Numbered from the stretch's first letter, positions 10,481-21,719 are shown. The stretch is 64,000 bases of DNA from Diplonema japonicum (GCA_964019335.1 OZ025671.1:310001-374000), one strand, 5' to 3'. Notes: generated from the sequence alone by a model not told the origin. A program made the numbers and translations.

Positions 10481-11743
10481 TCAGTCCGAGTCGGACGGGA
10501 TGTAGTATGCAGGGAAAGGGTCGTTTATGTCGTCTGCGAAGAGAGACGTGTCTTGCGTGGTCTCGCAGTCCATGTCCACGCCAATGTCCATGCTGAGAAC
10601 AGACGCGATGCGAGGGATCGCAATGTAGGCTGGGTCGCCTGGGTGACATGAGTTGTCAGACTCTGTCAAGGTCGAGAGTGGTGGCAGGGATGGATCAGAC
10701 ACAGCGTCTTCCACGTTGTTGCCAGTCAGGTTCACATCAGGGTCACGAAGGCGCTTCAAGACGTCCATGTACGAGTAGGCAGGCAGATCGGACTTCAGCG
10801 ACTTATTCGAATGGTCTGCAGGGCAGTACGGTTGTCGCTGGTGCAATATCGCCGCATTGTGCTCCAGTATTACGTTCAGCATCGCAAACGTGGGCAGGTC
10901 GTTGGGATCCGTCCCGAAGGGGTCGGAGATTTCATCGCCTACCACGCTGATGCCGCCGAGAGCTACTGACACCAGAATCACCAACACAATCGTGAACCAC
11001 CCATAATCCTCCACCAGCGTGAATGGGATAAAACAGATCGCCGTCAGAAGCAACACGCGCATCAACTGCACCAATGGGAAGGGCACCTGGAATGTGCGGA
11101 TCCCCAATGCATCGCTGTGTGCAATCAACAGCCAATGAAGCTGATTGTCCAGGCACATCCCTATGTGTGGGTCCAGCATGTCGACTCTGACACACTCGGA
11201 CACCACCATTGTTATCCAACTCGACACGACACTTGAAGAGGTCTGTCGCAGGTACCTGTCACCGCGTTGCTTACTCTTCTTCAGTTCGACTACCTCGTCG
11301 GGTGTTATAAACGGCATCGGTCCCTTCTTCCTGAAACACGTAATCTCCTCTGCTACTATCGTCAGCAGCAGGTTGGTGAGGCGCAAGAGAGTTCCTCGCA
11401 CATGTCTTGCGTCCTCTGAGTCGCCTTTCGAGTAGCTGACGTGTATTCGTGTGAAGCTAAGGGCAGCGCTGAAAATATCGCCGAGCCGCTCGCGTGATAG
11501 CCAAAACCTTTCGTACGCGCAGTTCGTATTGAAGACGATGAGGAACGTGAGGGGCGACAGCACTACAAGCAGGTCCGAGTCCTCGAAGACACGGCCTAGG
11601 TACGGCCACACATGGTTGCATGCAGACACTATCATAGCTACTGTTCCGGCAAACAGTATCAAGCTCTGCATGCGCAGCATCACGCTGCCATGAAGCTTCA
11701 ACAGGCTTGACCATAGGCTCTTCGCATTGTAGTAAACAGTCAT
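10481..11743 (-). CDS. Bestrophin-family channel (bacterial YneE / plant VCCN-like)
   Basis: Motifs FLIVFNTNCAYERFW, QVPFP and EISDPFGTDPNDLP; about four hydrophobic segments. Confidence 0.85.
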   Translation of the reverse strand: MTVYYNAKSLWSSLLKLHGSVMLRMQSLILFAGTVAMIVSACNHVWPYLGRVFEDSDLLVVLSPLTFLIVFNTNCAYERFWLSRERLGDIFSAALSFTRIHVSYSKGDSEDARHVRGTLLRLTNLLLTIVAEEITCFRKKGPMPFITPDEVVELKKSKQRGDRYLRQTSSSVVSSWITMVVSECVRVDMLDPHIGMCLDNQLHWLLIAHSDALGIRTFQVPFPLVQLMRVLLLTAICFIPFTLVEDYGWFTIVLVILVSVALGGISVVGDEISDPFGTDPNDLPTFAMLNVILEHNAAILHQRQPYCPADHSNKSLKSDLPAYSYMDVLKRLRDPDVNLTGNNVEDAVSDPSLPPLSTLTESDNSCHPGDPAYIAIPRIASVLSMDIGVDMDCETTQDTSLFADDINDPFPAYYIPSDSD

Positions 11744-11811
11744 AGCTTTGATGATACTGCACAGGACATGGACACAAAGAAATAATATGTGTATTTAGGT
11801 AAACTGTAAAG

Positions 11812-14800
11812 CTACCGCTTCTTTGAGACCCTAGAAGATGAGGCTGTAACAGAAGATTGTGGTGGTGCCTCGTGTTTGAGAGCCATCGCTGGGTGCTCAG
11901 AAAGTCGTCTGAGATGGTCGGCAGTCAGCCTGCCGCTGCTGCGCGATTGTGTGTTGCGCGACCGTGACCGGCTATTTGAAATCTCAGATGATACCGATTG
12001 GGCAATGCTCTTCTTTCCAATAGTGGTCGCTGCTTGGGTTGAGCGCTGCCGCAGTGACTCCTGAGATGCCACGGCCTGCCCCCTTGTCTGCCTCCTACGT
12101 TCCCTGTCTTCTTTAGTTGGCGGCCGTGCTGTGGAAATTGGCATGTCCGCCTTCTTCACCATCACAGGCTCATCCTCTTCTTCCTGCTCTCCCATCCCGA
12201 ATAGCGCCTTCCACTTGTCAGAGTTTAAAAATAGGTCGAAAAGACCAAACCCTGCGGACATGCTCATGAGCCGCTTCACCTCAGCATCGGCCTTCTTCTT
12301 GTCGGCTTGTTCCTTCATAGTTGCCTTGCGCACGCGTAAGGCCTTGTCTTGTTCGTCTTGGATGAGGCGCTGGACTTCTTCAAGGTCTTCGAGCTTGTTC
12401 TTGATCTGGGAACGGATGACCTCCTCTGTCTCAAGGAGGTGCACGATGTCGCCACGTCGTTGGAACCGTGCGCAGAAGAAGAGAGAAGGGCATTCAGAGA
12501 CAGTGTTGCCCATGGGGTCATTGAGGAAGAGGCATCTGTAGCCCGATAAGAGACAGGACAGGGGCATGGCGATCTGCGCCAAGCATGTGGTATCGACAAG
12601 GTCGGATTCCATGACAGCGAAGGTGACGACGGTCTCTTCGGTGTCTTCGACCTCGAAGGTCATCTCCTCGTTCCACGTGGGATTGAAGCCGTTGTCTTGC
12701 ACGACTCGTGTTTTCTTTTTCTGCGTGTAGCGCAGGCCGTCCATCCTGACCTCAACCATGGGGTCCGTGATGTCGTAGGAGAGAATCAGGTCGGACTCGT
12801 CAAAGTCTCCCTCTGCAGGTAGTTGGTGCGCTGAGATGATCTCTAGCACTACCTTCCACGGTCCCGTCTTCAGTGCGCAGTCGTCATCTTTCGCTTTTTT
12901 CTTCTTTTTCTTGCCCTTCGCGGCTTCTTCTGTTTGACTCATTGAGTTTGGATTCAGCAGCGGTGTGTGCCGCTTCGTCCGTGGCTTCCTCGTCCACCCA
13001 CAGTTCCCGTTTTCAAGGAACCGCCCGCTTGCTACTGAGATCTGTGAATTGTTGTCATCACGGTCCGAGAGATGGTAATTGATCCCGACCAAGCTGACGC
13101 CTGCTGCTAGTGCCGTTGTGACTCGCACCCCATCGTCCCACTCGCACTCCACCTCCGTCCTCTTCCCGTCCACGGTCACGAGTTCTTTTATGCGGCACTT
13201 TTCATAGCCCTCCTTGCGGGGAATGTACACCGCCATCCAGTTGTACGTGTGCGCACGGAAGGTGCTCCATTTACCTTCCGACTCGCACTGCCCGTCCACC
13301 TGGTCCCAGTTCATGATCACCATGTACGGGTTTGGCCGTTTCATCTTCTTTTCAGTTGTCGAAGGACTAGCAGTGTACGGAAGGCATGAGAAGAATGTAA
13401 CGGGCAACCAGTCGGGCGACAGCGAAATAGGATCTTTCGTGGTTTCGGATGTTTGGAAGGCGCCAATTAAGAAGCTGTTTTTGGCCATTGCGGGGCATTT
13501 GATGACCTGCGCCTGGTTGGAGTCCTTCAAGCGGAAGCCGAGCAGCTCTTTAATGCTTTGGATGCCTGTGGACTGGTCTTCTTCCTTGCACATAACCTCG
13601 AAGAGGATGATGATAGGGTACTCGGACTGTTCGCCTGTGAAGGCGTTGTCGCGAAGAACAGAGAGGAAGTCAGAGAGGAGACAACAGTCGTTACGGCGGC
13701 CTTTAGGATCGCCAACCCAACACCCTTCATCTCGTCTGCCTCTGACTGGAGGATAGAGGCGGGTATGGAAGGCTTTTACATTGAGATTAAGTAGCGTTGC
13801 CACCAAACTGCATGGGTCGCACGACGTATCGGACATAGGGGCGGAGGGGACGTTAGCTGCAAACTTAACATAGTACTCAGGCCATGATCTGTCCATTGGT
13901 TGGTACACCACCTTCGACTCACTTGCGATGGCTTCGTTCAGAGACGACTGTGTGAGAAACGTGTTCCACATTTTCTGGTCCATCCCCCCGACAGACCCCG
14001 TCAGCTCCACGATTGTTCTCTTCATGTCTTCGATGCTCACACATGATTTCGGGGTCTCTTGTTCCTTCACCATGAACGCTCCAAGCTGCTTGTCTTTCAT
14101 TCGTGTAACGCCTTCTGTGTATTTCGCCCATAGTTCGTCGCAGGTTTTGTGTTTTTTGATCATCCAAACCAAGCGTTCCAAGTCCCCTCTGGACAGGGAG
14201 CCCTCGCCTCGTCTGTCGCATGCTGTGAAGAGCTCCTCGCATTTTCTCGGTTTCATCTCGATGTTGAGGACCTTCTTCAAGAGGTCGAAGACTTCCGAGC
14301 TGCTGAGCGACCCATCGCCCTCCGTGTCGCCCAACGTCCACATCTTGTCGAGCGCAATGGGGAAAGGGTTCCTTCGTGCCAGCACACGGCAAGACAGACG
14401 GAGGTACTGCAGTGTCCAATACCACATTCGAAAGTCGGTAGTACGCCCTGGGTTGCTTGAGTCCTCTGGGAAGATGATCTCTAAGAGGCCGTCTTCTGAT
14501 TTCCTTGGTATATCGTAGTGCACGGCGAAGGACTGCTGTCGTGTCTCGTCATCGCCTTTGGCACCAAATGCTTCGCGAAAGCCTGGGGTCAAATGTCCTT
14601 TTTGCACACTTTTGATGTCCACCAACCACAGTGTGTGCCTTAGTAACGGTGTTTGCTTGTCTTGTTTCTTTTTCTTCACGAATGTCACCTTTACGACGGA
14701 CTCATCCAGAACCATCCAGTACTTACATGGCTTCTTCCCTTCTCTGTACCTTTTCACCACTACACCAGATTGCATTGCTTGGACGTACTTCTCATAATCG

Positions 14801-14868
14801 TCAAAGCTGTTTTGGTACGGGGGTGTTAAGGACCTTTCCCAGCCGGAGGGAGGTCCTGCTTCGTCCAT
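11812..14868 (-). CDS. Phosphoinositide phospholipase C-like protein (PH-EF-X-Y-C2), probably inactive
   Basis: PH-like N-terminus, EF-hands (DTEGDGSLSSSE, DRRGEGSLSRGD), VYQPM, SEYPIII, GRFLENGNCGW..KP and C2 (IISAHQLP, DPMVEV, VQDNGFNPTWNE). The SSHNTYL motif is replaced by FAANVPS. Confidence 0.85.
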   Translation of the reverse strand: MDEAGPPSGWERSLTPPYQNSFDDYEKYVQAMQSGVVVKRYREGKKPCKYWMVLDESVVKVTFVKKKKQDKQTPLLRHTLWLVDIKSVQKGHLTPGFREAFGAKGDDETRQQSFAVHYDIPRKSEDGLLEIIFPEDSSNPGRTTDFRMWYWTLQYLRLSCRVLARRNPFPIALDKMWTLGDTEGDGSLSSSEVFDLLKKVLNIEMKPRKCEELFTACDRRGEGSLSRGDLERLVWMIKKHKTCDELWAKYTEGVTRMKDKQLGAFMVKEQETPKSCVSIEDMKRTIVELTGSVGGMDQKMWNTFLTQSSLNEAIASESKVVYQPMDRSWPEYYVKFAANVPSAPMSDTSCDPCSLVATLLNLNVKAFHTRLYPPVRGRRDEGCWVGDPKGRRNDCCLLSDFLSVLRDNAFTGEQSEYPIIILFEVMCKEEDQSTGIQSIKELLGFRLKDSNQAQVIKCPAMAKNSFLIGAFQTSETTKDPISLSPDWLPVTFFSCLPYTASPSTTEKKMKRPNPYMVIMNWDQVDGQCESEGKWSTFRAHTYNWMAVYIPRKEGYEKCRIKELVTVDGKRTEVECEWDDGVRVTTALAAGVSLVGINYHLSDRDDNNSQISVASGRFLENGNCGWTRKPRTKRHTPLLNPNSMSQTEEAAKGKKKKKKAKDDDCALKTGPWKVVLEIISAHQLPAEGDFDESDLILSYDITDPMVEVRMDGLRYTQKKKTRVVQDNGFNPTWNEEMTFEVEDTEETVVTFAVMESDLVDTTCLAQIAMPLSCLLSGYRCLFLNDPMGNTVSECPSLFFCARFQRRGDIVHLLETEEVIRSQIKNKLEDLEEVQRLIQDEQDKALRVRKATMKEQADKKKADAEVKRLMSMSAGFGLFDLFLNSDKWKALFGMGEQEEEDEPVMVKKADMPISTARPPTKEDRERRRQTRGQAVASQESLRQRSTQAATTIGKKSIAQSVSSEISNSRSRSRNTQSRSSGRLTADHLRRLSEHPAMALKHEAPPQSSVTASSSRVSKKR

Positions 14869-15383
14869 TTTTTTTTGGTTTTTTCTTTTTTTTTAAAAAA
14901 AAAGTGGTGACAGATAGGCGGGAAAACGGGGGGGGTGAAACAGTCGTAAGAAAAGTTTATTTGAAGCAGTCAGCGATGCAGTTTTCTCTTTTTTATTTAT
15001 TTATTTGCTTTATTTATGTAATGGTTGCCAGAGCGGGAAGAGAAAAAGAGAGAAAGAAAAAAAAAAAGCATTACTTCAACAGAAACTACCATTGACGCTC
15101 TTGCAACGAACAACCAAGTACAAAAGAAAAACAGTGTTATGAAATAAAAGAAAAGAAACAAAAAAAAAAAAACGCCCCCTCCCGGTCACTCAATCCACAC
15201 ACGCGTTTTCTTTTCTTTCGGTCTCTTCTTTGTTTTATAATAGGTTTGTAAAACATTTTCTTCTTCTTTTTTTTTGTATTCGTCCTTTTCTTATAAACTA
15301 CTACTCGCGAGCTGTTGTGGAGCCGACCTTTAACAAAAAAAAATTAAAAAAAATAGAAAATAGATATTCCCCCCATTTCTTTT

Positions 15384-16691
15384 TCACGCTTTGACTCGCT
15401 GGATCTGTTTTTTTTTTTTTTTTTTTTTCCCCAAAAGATTTCCCAACAAAAAAAAAAAAAAAAACCCGTACCAAATCTGCCATCGTAGAAATGAAAGCCG
15501 GAGTTGCGTTCAACGACGGGACCAAGTCAAGGGTCTCGCCCCCATTCTTCAGGAACGAGTGTTTGATCTCAGACCCTATCTCATCGACCGTCTCAAGACA
15601 GTCCGCAACAAAAGCGGGGCTGAACACGAGAATGCGCTTCTTGTTGGCAGCAGGGAAGCTATCAACAACCTCATCCGTATAAGGAGAGAGCCATCTGCAC
15701 ATTTTTTTTTTTTTTTTTTTTTCTTTTCCCCATACTTTGTAGGCCCCAACCTAGACTGGAAACTCGTGGAGAATTTATCTTTTGCGATGCCTAAACCAGC
15801 AGCGATCCGACGCGAAGTTTCATAGCACTGCGCACGATAACACCCTTTGTTCCTTTCCGTTAATGAGGAGCAGCAATTGTTGTCCAACTTACATTCGAAT
15901 GATCCCTTGGTGATCTGCGTCTCTGGCACACCATGGTAGCTGAACAGATAGTGGTCGTACTCATTGTCCATGAACTGCTTGGCGTTTTCCTCAAAGCCCT
16001 TGAGGAAGTTAGGGTCGTCTATTAATGCGGACTTGAACGTTAAATTCGGAATGCGGTCCCAACGCCCGAGAATTTCGAAAACCTTCTGATGAATGGACCC
16101 CGTGCACGACGATGAGTACTGCGGGAACAACGGGACGACGATAATGTGCTCAACACACTTCCTCTTCAGGTTCAGCAGTCCTGTTTCAATGTCCGGGTTT
16201 TGATACCTCATCGCAAGCTCCAAATGGTATTTCCCTGGGGACTTTTTGTCGAGGTCTGCTTGAAGCTTGTCCAGCATTTCAAACCCGTACCTGACAAGAG
16301 GCGACCCCCTGTTTGTATGTTTCAAAGCAGGGTCCCATATTCTCGAGTACATTTCGGTTGATCCTGCTGCTCTAAACGGGGCGATGATGCAGTTTACCAG
16401 CATCCATCTGATGTACGGTGGGGAGTCGATCACCCTCTCGTCGGAGAGGAATTCCCTTAAGAAGGCGCGCACGCTCCCTACGTTCAAGGCTGCTGGTGTG
16501 CCCAGGTTGACCAGCAGTACACCGGTGACGCCGGGCTTAGTCGCGTCGTCGTACTTGACCTTGTCCCCGACGGTGGGCTTTTTGAAGCCCCGCATCCCCT
16601 TCCGTAGCAGCCAACACAACCCCAGAACCTTGACCGCCATCTTCGCCCAGTCCATGTGTGTACGCTCCCCGTCTATCGACATGAGGTTCAT
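15384..16691 (-). CDS. hemH: Ferrochelatase, introns 15695-15735 and 15405-15471
   Basis: GVLLVNLGTP, SPL, AMRYQNP, PLFPQYS, FSYHGVP, FQSRLG, spliced GPTK|WLSPYT, PAFVADCLET..EI, VPSLN. Confidence 0.95.
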
Positions 16692-17131
16692 TTTTGTCCT
16701 TTTCTTTTATTCCTTTCCTGGGGGGGGATGATGCAGTTCCGATGTAGAGTCTGCAAGAAGACATCTCGTGATCCGCCTCGGTGAATTGTGTCCCTCACAT
16801 GGTCGAGTTTCTTTCGCTCGCCTCGGATTTGAAGTAATCAAAGCCAGACTGAAGGAGAAGCGAAAAAACGATGCGAGCGAAAGAGCCGGCCGCACAGCAA
16901 GGCAGAAACGGAAAAAAATAAAAGAAAAAAAAAATTCCAATACTAATATTTGTCTCTTTCGCTTTCCGCTTTCCGAAAAAAACTCTCTTTTTGACCCCTT
17001 TTAGTTGCATTGAAAGAATTTCGGTTTAGAAAAGTAGCAACTTTTTCCATCTCGTCTCAAAAACCTCCAATTTCGAACCACGAAGTGTAAATCGTATTGT
17101 ACCTCACTTTTTCTTTTCTTTTTATTCCGCA

Positions 17132-17998
17132 TCACGGGGACGAAGGGGGCCTTGCACCCTTCCATGATTTGACGGCATCCCTGTCAAACGGAAGGTGATA
17201 CAGATGCTTGCTCTCCGAGTGGGGGAAGAGAAGTATCCTCTTGCGGCCCTTCAGCCCGACAAGCAGGTTGTCTTGAAGGTCATAGTGAAGACCAGTATGT
17301 GTACGCCCGGTGTTGCACCAAATGTTAATGTTAGAAATGGTTCTAGGGTCGATGTAAGGAGGTATGCGAATGTCGGCTAAAGGCCCGCCAGAGGCGGGAG
17401 TGAGAGGAAGCGTCCACTGGTAGTTTACACCGTCGTTCGAAAAAACTTTTTCTCGCAAGCCGTCGACCTCGTTGGAGGAGTAGCCGGTGTCCTTGTTATA
17501 AGGGTGTTCCTTATCAATAGGGCAGAGTGAGTGCCCAACAGACCACACGTAGCGGGTCAGTCCTGGAATGGTCAAAACAGTGTCAAGATCCCATTGTGTA
17601 GCCGGCCAGTGATCAGCTGCCTTTCCTAGTAGTATGGGTTGGGACACACTTCTCGCTTCGTCGATGCTTGTCGGTGGGGTGGAAGTCTTTGATAATTTGC
17701 TTTCAGATCGTGGGGTTTCAAGCTCCTCTGGGGCGTTGTGGAAGAGCTGTACCGCCACACTCTTCTCGTCTGAGAAGACCCAATGCCAGTACATAGACGG
17801 GATGAACAGGATGTCGCCAGGGTTGACTTCGATGAGCTTGCCCTGTGCTTTACTTAGATCAGGCCATCTTTCACTGTCGTGCTTGGGGAGCACCTCGTCT
17901 TCTTCTAGCCAGCCGCTGTCCACGTGCGAGTGTTGCAGCATAATCTTCTTTACCGTTCCTGTGTACCCTGCGGTCATGACATCTTCGTCGTGCGACAT
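17132..17998 (-). CDS. JmjC/Cupin_8 2-oxoglutarate-Fe(II) oxygenase with circularly permuted domain
   Basis: N-terminus carries the usual C-terminal motifs (SHVD, ERWP, VNPGDILFIPSMYWHWVFS). C-terminus carries the usual N-terminal motifs (PILL..A.HWPA..W, NIW, TGLHYDLQDNLL, KGRKRILLFP...LY). Confidence 0.85.
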   Translation of the reverse strand: MSHDEDVMTAGYTGTVKKIMLQHSHVDSGWLEEDEVLPKHDSERWPDLSKAQGKLIEVNPGDILFIPSMYWHWVFSDEKSVAVQLFHNAPEELETPRSESKLSKTSTPPTSIDEARSVSQPILLGKAADHWPATQWDLDTVLTIPGLTRYVWSVGHSLCPIDKEHPYNKDTGYSSNEVDGLREKVFSNDGVNYQWTLPLTPASGGPLADIRIPPYIDPRTISNINIWCNTGRTHTGLHYDLQDNLLVGLKGRKRILLFPHSESKHLYHLPFDRDAVKSWKGARPPSSP

Positions 17999-18706
17999 TT
18001 GTGTAAGCTGGGGGGTTTTTTTTTTGTTGAGCCGTGAATGCAAAATAACATTTCAAAAAAAAGGGGGGGGGGTGGGGGACAACGGGGGAAAAAAAAAAAA
18101 AAAAACTCATAGTAAAAGGCTATCCCACTGGAGGACAGCCTCTTGTGGTGTGAGTTCCTATCTTTTAATGCTCCCCTTCTGGAGCATGGCTTTCGGAAAA
18201 AAAAAAAAAAATGAAACTAACACAATCACAGTAGTTGATAGGATTAACCAGTGGACATTGTTGTCTACTCCCTAATTTCTCTGGGTTTTTTTTTTCCTTT
18301 CTTTTTTTTTTTCTTTCTTTCTTTCTTCCGAAATAGGTCCAGAATTGTTTTTCTGAAATTTATTTTTTTTGGCGGAAGAAAAGTTTGCAAAAAACACAGG
18401 GTGGGTGGAGGGGAGATAAAAGAACAAGAAAACAATAGAATACTTTCTCGTAAAAAATACAAAAGAGGCGGGGGGGATATGTGGGAAAAAAAATATGATG
18501 ACAACGAAAAAAAAAAGCATGGTTTCTTTCCCCCCCCCCTTTCTTTATCTCTCTTATATTTTTAGGAAATTCTGTTGATCAACGAAAAGAAATAAAAAAC
18601 ACAACAACATCAGCTGTCAAAAAAAAGGGGGGGGGGAGATCGGGTATGATACTAATTTCTCATTTCCTTTTTTTTTCTTTCTTTCTTTTTTTTTTTTTCC
18701 AAGTTT

Positions 18707-20616
18707 TTATTTTGCATCCGTCGTTTCCAAGATCCCTCGCTTGTACTGCTCCCGCATGTCGCCCTTGTTTCGCTCTTCCTCAAAAGTTTGATGATTGCCT
18801 CCCTCCACGCTAAGAAGCCCTTGCTGTTCCAGTTTAGGCCCGAGTTCGGACTTAAGGTCCTCAGATTTCATGAAGCTTGGGAAGATGTTCATGAAATTTT
18901 TGAACATCCCCTGTGAAACAATGCCCTGACCAGCAAGCCAAGGGATCACACGCTTGATAATATTGAATTTATCATCCAGTGTCATAACAAAGTTCTCCTG
19001 CACGAGGACCCCGAAGAGGAGAGATGTGTAGCCAGGCTCGAACTGCAGCTTATGGATCCTTGCCACGTCGAACATTGACTCCAAAAGGCGTCCGACAATG
19101 GCCGCATCGTCGCCCTTGCAAGGCTGGTAGTACGCGAAAACATCTGAGATCGTTGCGTGCATTTTTTCCTTGTCCAAGCCTTCTCTCTGCGTGCCGTCCT
19201 TGCCCATCGCCCATAGGGCTTCTGTCAGTGCGCTGTCGTTCCATTTCGCGAAGCCTGTCAAGACCATCTCCGAAACCCTCTTCTCCTCTGGAGACAGATT
19301 CTGACACAACCCGCAGTCCACCAAGAACACCCTCGGCCACTTCTTCCCCGGCGGCGGGTCCTTCTCGATCATGATGTTCCCGGGGTGCAGGTCGCCGTGC
19401 AGCCTTTGTTTTTAATTTTTTTTTTTTTTTGTTTTTGTTCTTACAAAATCTATACCAATTATCCCTTAACAAGAATTTCATGTAAGTGTCCATCCCTACC
19501 TCGGCGAGGTGTGTACGAAGGTCCATCGGGAGGCTGTGGAGGTAGTCGTCTTCTGCGGTGTGTGCGTCAACGAACTCCTCGACCAGCACAGTGCTCGAGA
19601 CGTACGGCCTGACAGGCTTTGGGAAGGTGGCAAAGCGGTCGGTGTCAGCTCCCTCGAAGTTCTGCAGGAAGTAGTCAAGGTTCTCTGCCTCGATGCGGAG
19701 GTCGATCTGCTGCGCCAAGTGGGTGGTCCATGCGATGGCCTTTTTAGTATATGGAAATGCAAAGAAAAGAAAAAAAAAATCATACCATCCTCGGTAGTAA
19801 CATCCACCTGATGGAAGGGTACCAGTTGTCGACAAACTTCGCAACTGAGTTCAGCACGTGGAAGTCGATGGCGATCCTCTCTCTCACATGCGGGTGGCAC
19901 ACCTTCACAGCAACCACAGGGCCTTCCCGAAGCTTGGCCTTGTGGACCTGCGCGATACTCCCGCTACCCAACGGGGCAGGGTTCAGCCACTCGAACACCT
20001 CGTCAGGGTTGCCTGTATTTTGTCTTCCCCCCCCGTACTCCCGTCATACCAAACTCCTCTGTGATCCTCTGCCTGGTGTGCTCAATGCTGTGGGGGTCCA
20101 CTCTGTTGAACAATTGGGATAGAACACTGTTTTTATATGTTTGCATTTTTTTCTTGTTTTTTTTTTTTTTTTTTTTTTTTTTTTCTTTTTTTTCTTTTTT
20201 TAGCACAAAACATACGCTCGCGTTTCGGGTCCAAGAAGGTCTCTCCTCGTGGCCAGCCACTGCGCCAGCTTGATGAATGTAGGGCCAGATGCCTGCAATA
20301 TGTTGACAAGGTGCTGCTGCCACAAGTGAAGCAGGGCAGGGGTAATGCACATGAAAGGGTATGAAATGGCCAAAGGGAGGTACAGGAAGGCTAGCTGCAC
20401 AAATCGCAACCAAACGCGCCACCTGGCCACCTTCAGGTCCGAGTCCAACAGGTTTCCCTGGTCATCCACCAAAACCCTCGCTTCACGCGGAGGGCCTGCC
20501 AACCCTTGGTCGTAGCTCCGTACCCACATTGTGAAACCCCCGTATGTCAGCCCTGCTGTGCCCACGCTCCCCATCAGCAACCTCCTTCCCCATATTAAAG
20601 CTCGTGATCGCGCCAT
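18707..20616 (-). CDS. ABC1/UbiB atypical kinase (ADCK2-like), introns 20127-20215, 20013-20049, 19740-19785, 19404-19455
   Basis: SGPTFIKLAQWLATRRDL, PLGSGSIAQVHKA, VAVKVCHP, QIDLRIEAENL, LHGDLHPGNI and VDCGL are joined in frame by four GT-AG introns. Confidence 0.9.
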
Positions 20617-21200
20617 TTCTTTTCCCCCGCAATCCAACTTCCCCTGTTTTTTTTTATTTTCTTGTTCGCCACCCAGGTTCCGCGTAAATACAACGAGGAA
20701 TGAAAAAAATAGACTTATTCGAGAAGTAAAGCAGGAGGTTAAACCATGTCACACATATTTGTATGTAGGCACCCGACAGCACTCCCACCGCAAGTGCCGT
20801 CCTTGGGAGCCTGGTCACTATTGCTGTGCACTATGGGCGCTGTGGCATCCAGACAGCTGCCAGTGAAGAAGAAGAAGAACAAAAAAAAAAAGTGTGTCAG
20901 TTTTGTATTGTTTATGCAAAAGATAGTTTCCTGAAATAAGAACAAAAAAAATAGGAAGAATCTATTTCCAAAGAAAACCCCCTTTTCTTTTCTTTTTTTT
21001 TTTTTTTTTACCTTCATTCGTCATTTTCTTCACATAATGACCCCATCTTTTGCGCGGGGCAAAAAAAAAAAAAAAAAAAAAAAGAGGTGCAATGATACCT
21101 ATCACTAAAGGAGCCATAATTACTCGTTATTGTTTATTTAAATTTATTTTTGTAGACTCAGAGTGCAAAGAGCTCATTGCTTGTCCCCCCCCTTCGAATT

Positions 21201-21253
<53 letters not shown>

Positions 21254-21508
21254 CGTTTCTTGAAATAATGCCGAACGTGACAGGGGGAAAATTGAGGCTA
21301 GATAGAACCCTCACACTTTTTTTTTCCCTCCCTCAAAAGAAACTAGTTTGGCGCTTCATTTGCTGGTGCGGCCCGAAGAAAAAAAAAAAAAGAATAAAAA
21401 CTACTTGGCCCTTAAGCCCTAAGTTCGGGGAAATTGGAAAAAAGCTCAAAAAAAATCAACCCTTGAGAAAAAAGCTCAAAAAAGTATCATTTTTAGGAGT
21501 GGGAGAAA

Positions 21509-21548
<40 letters not shown>

Positions 21549-21618
21549 AATCGGTTTTCATTTTTATAACAACATCTGCGTCCGCCCAGCCCCATTTTTT
21601 GGCACCCCTTTGGGCGCG

Positions 21619-21662
<44 letters not shown>

Positions 21663-21719
21663 TAGGAGGGGCAAGTTAGCATTCAACAATTATGTTACAG
21701 ACAACCAAAAACACTGCCC

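Noticed and set aside
15301-20637. Split ORFs of ferrochelatase and the ABC1 kinase as pseudogenes or programmed frameshifts
   Set aside because: Each break is resolved exactly by a GT-AG intron that restores conserved motifs.
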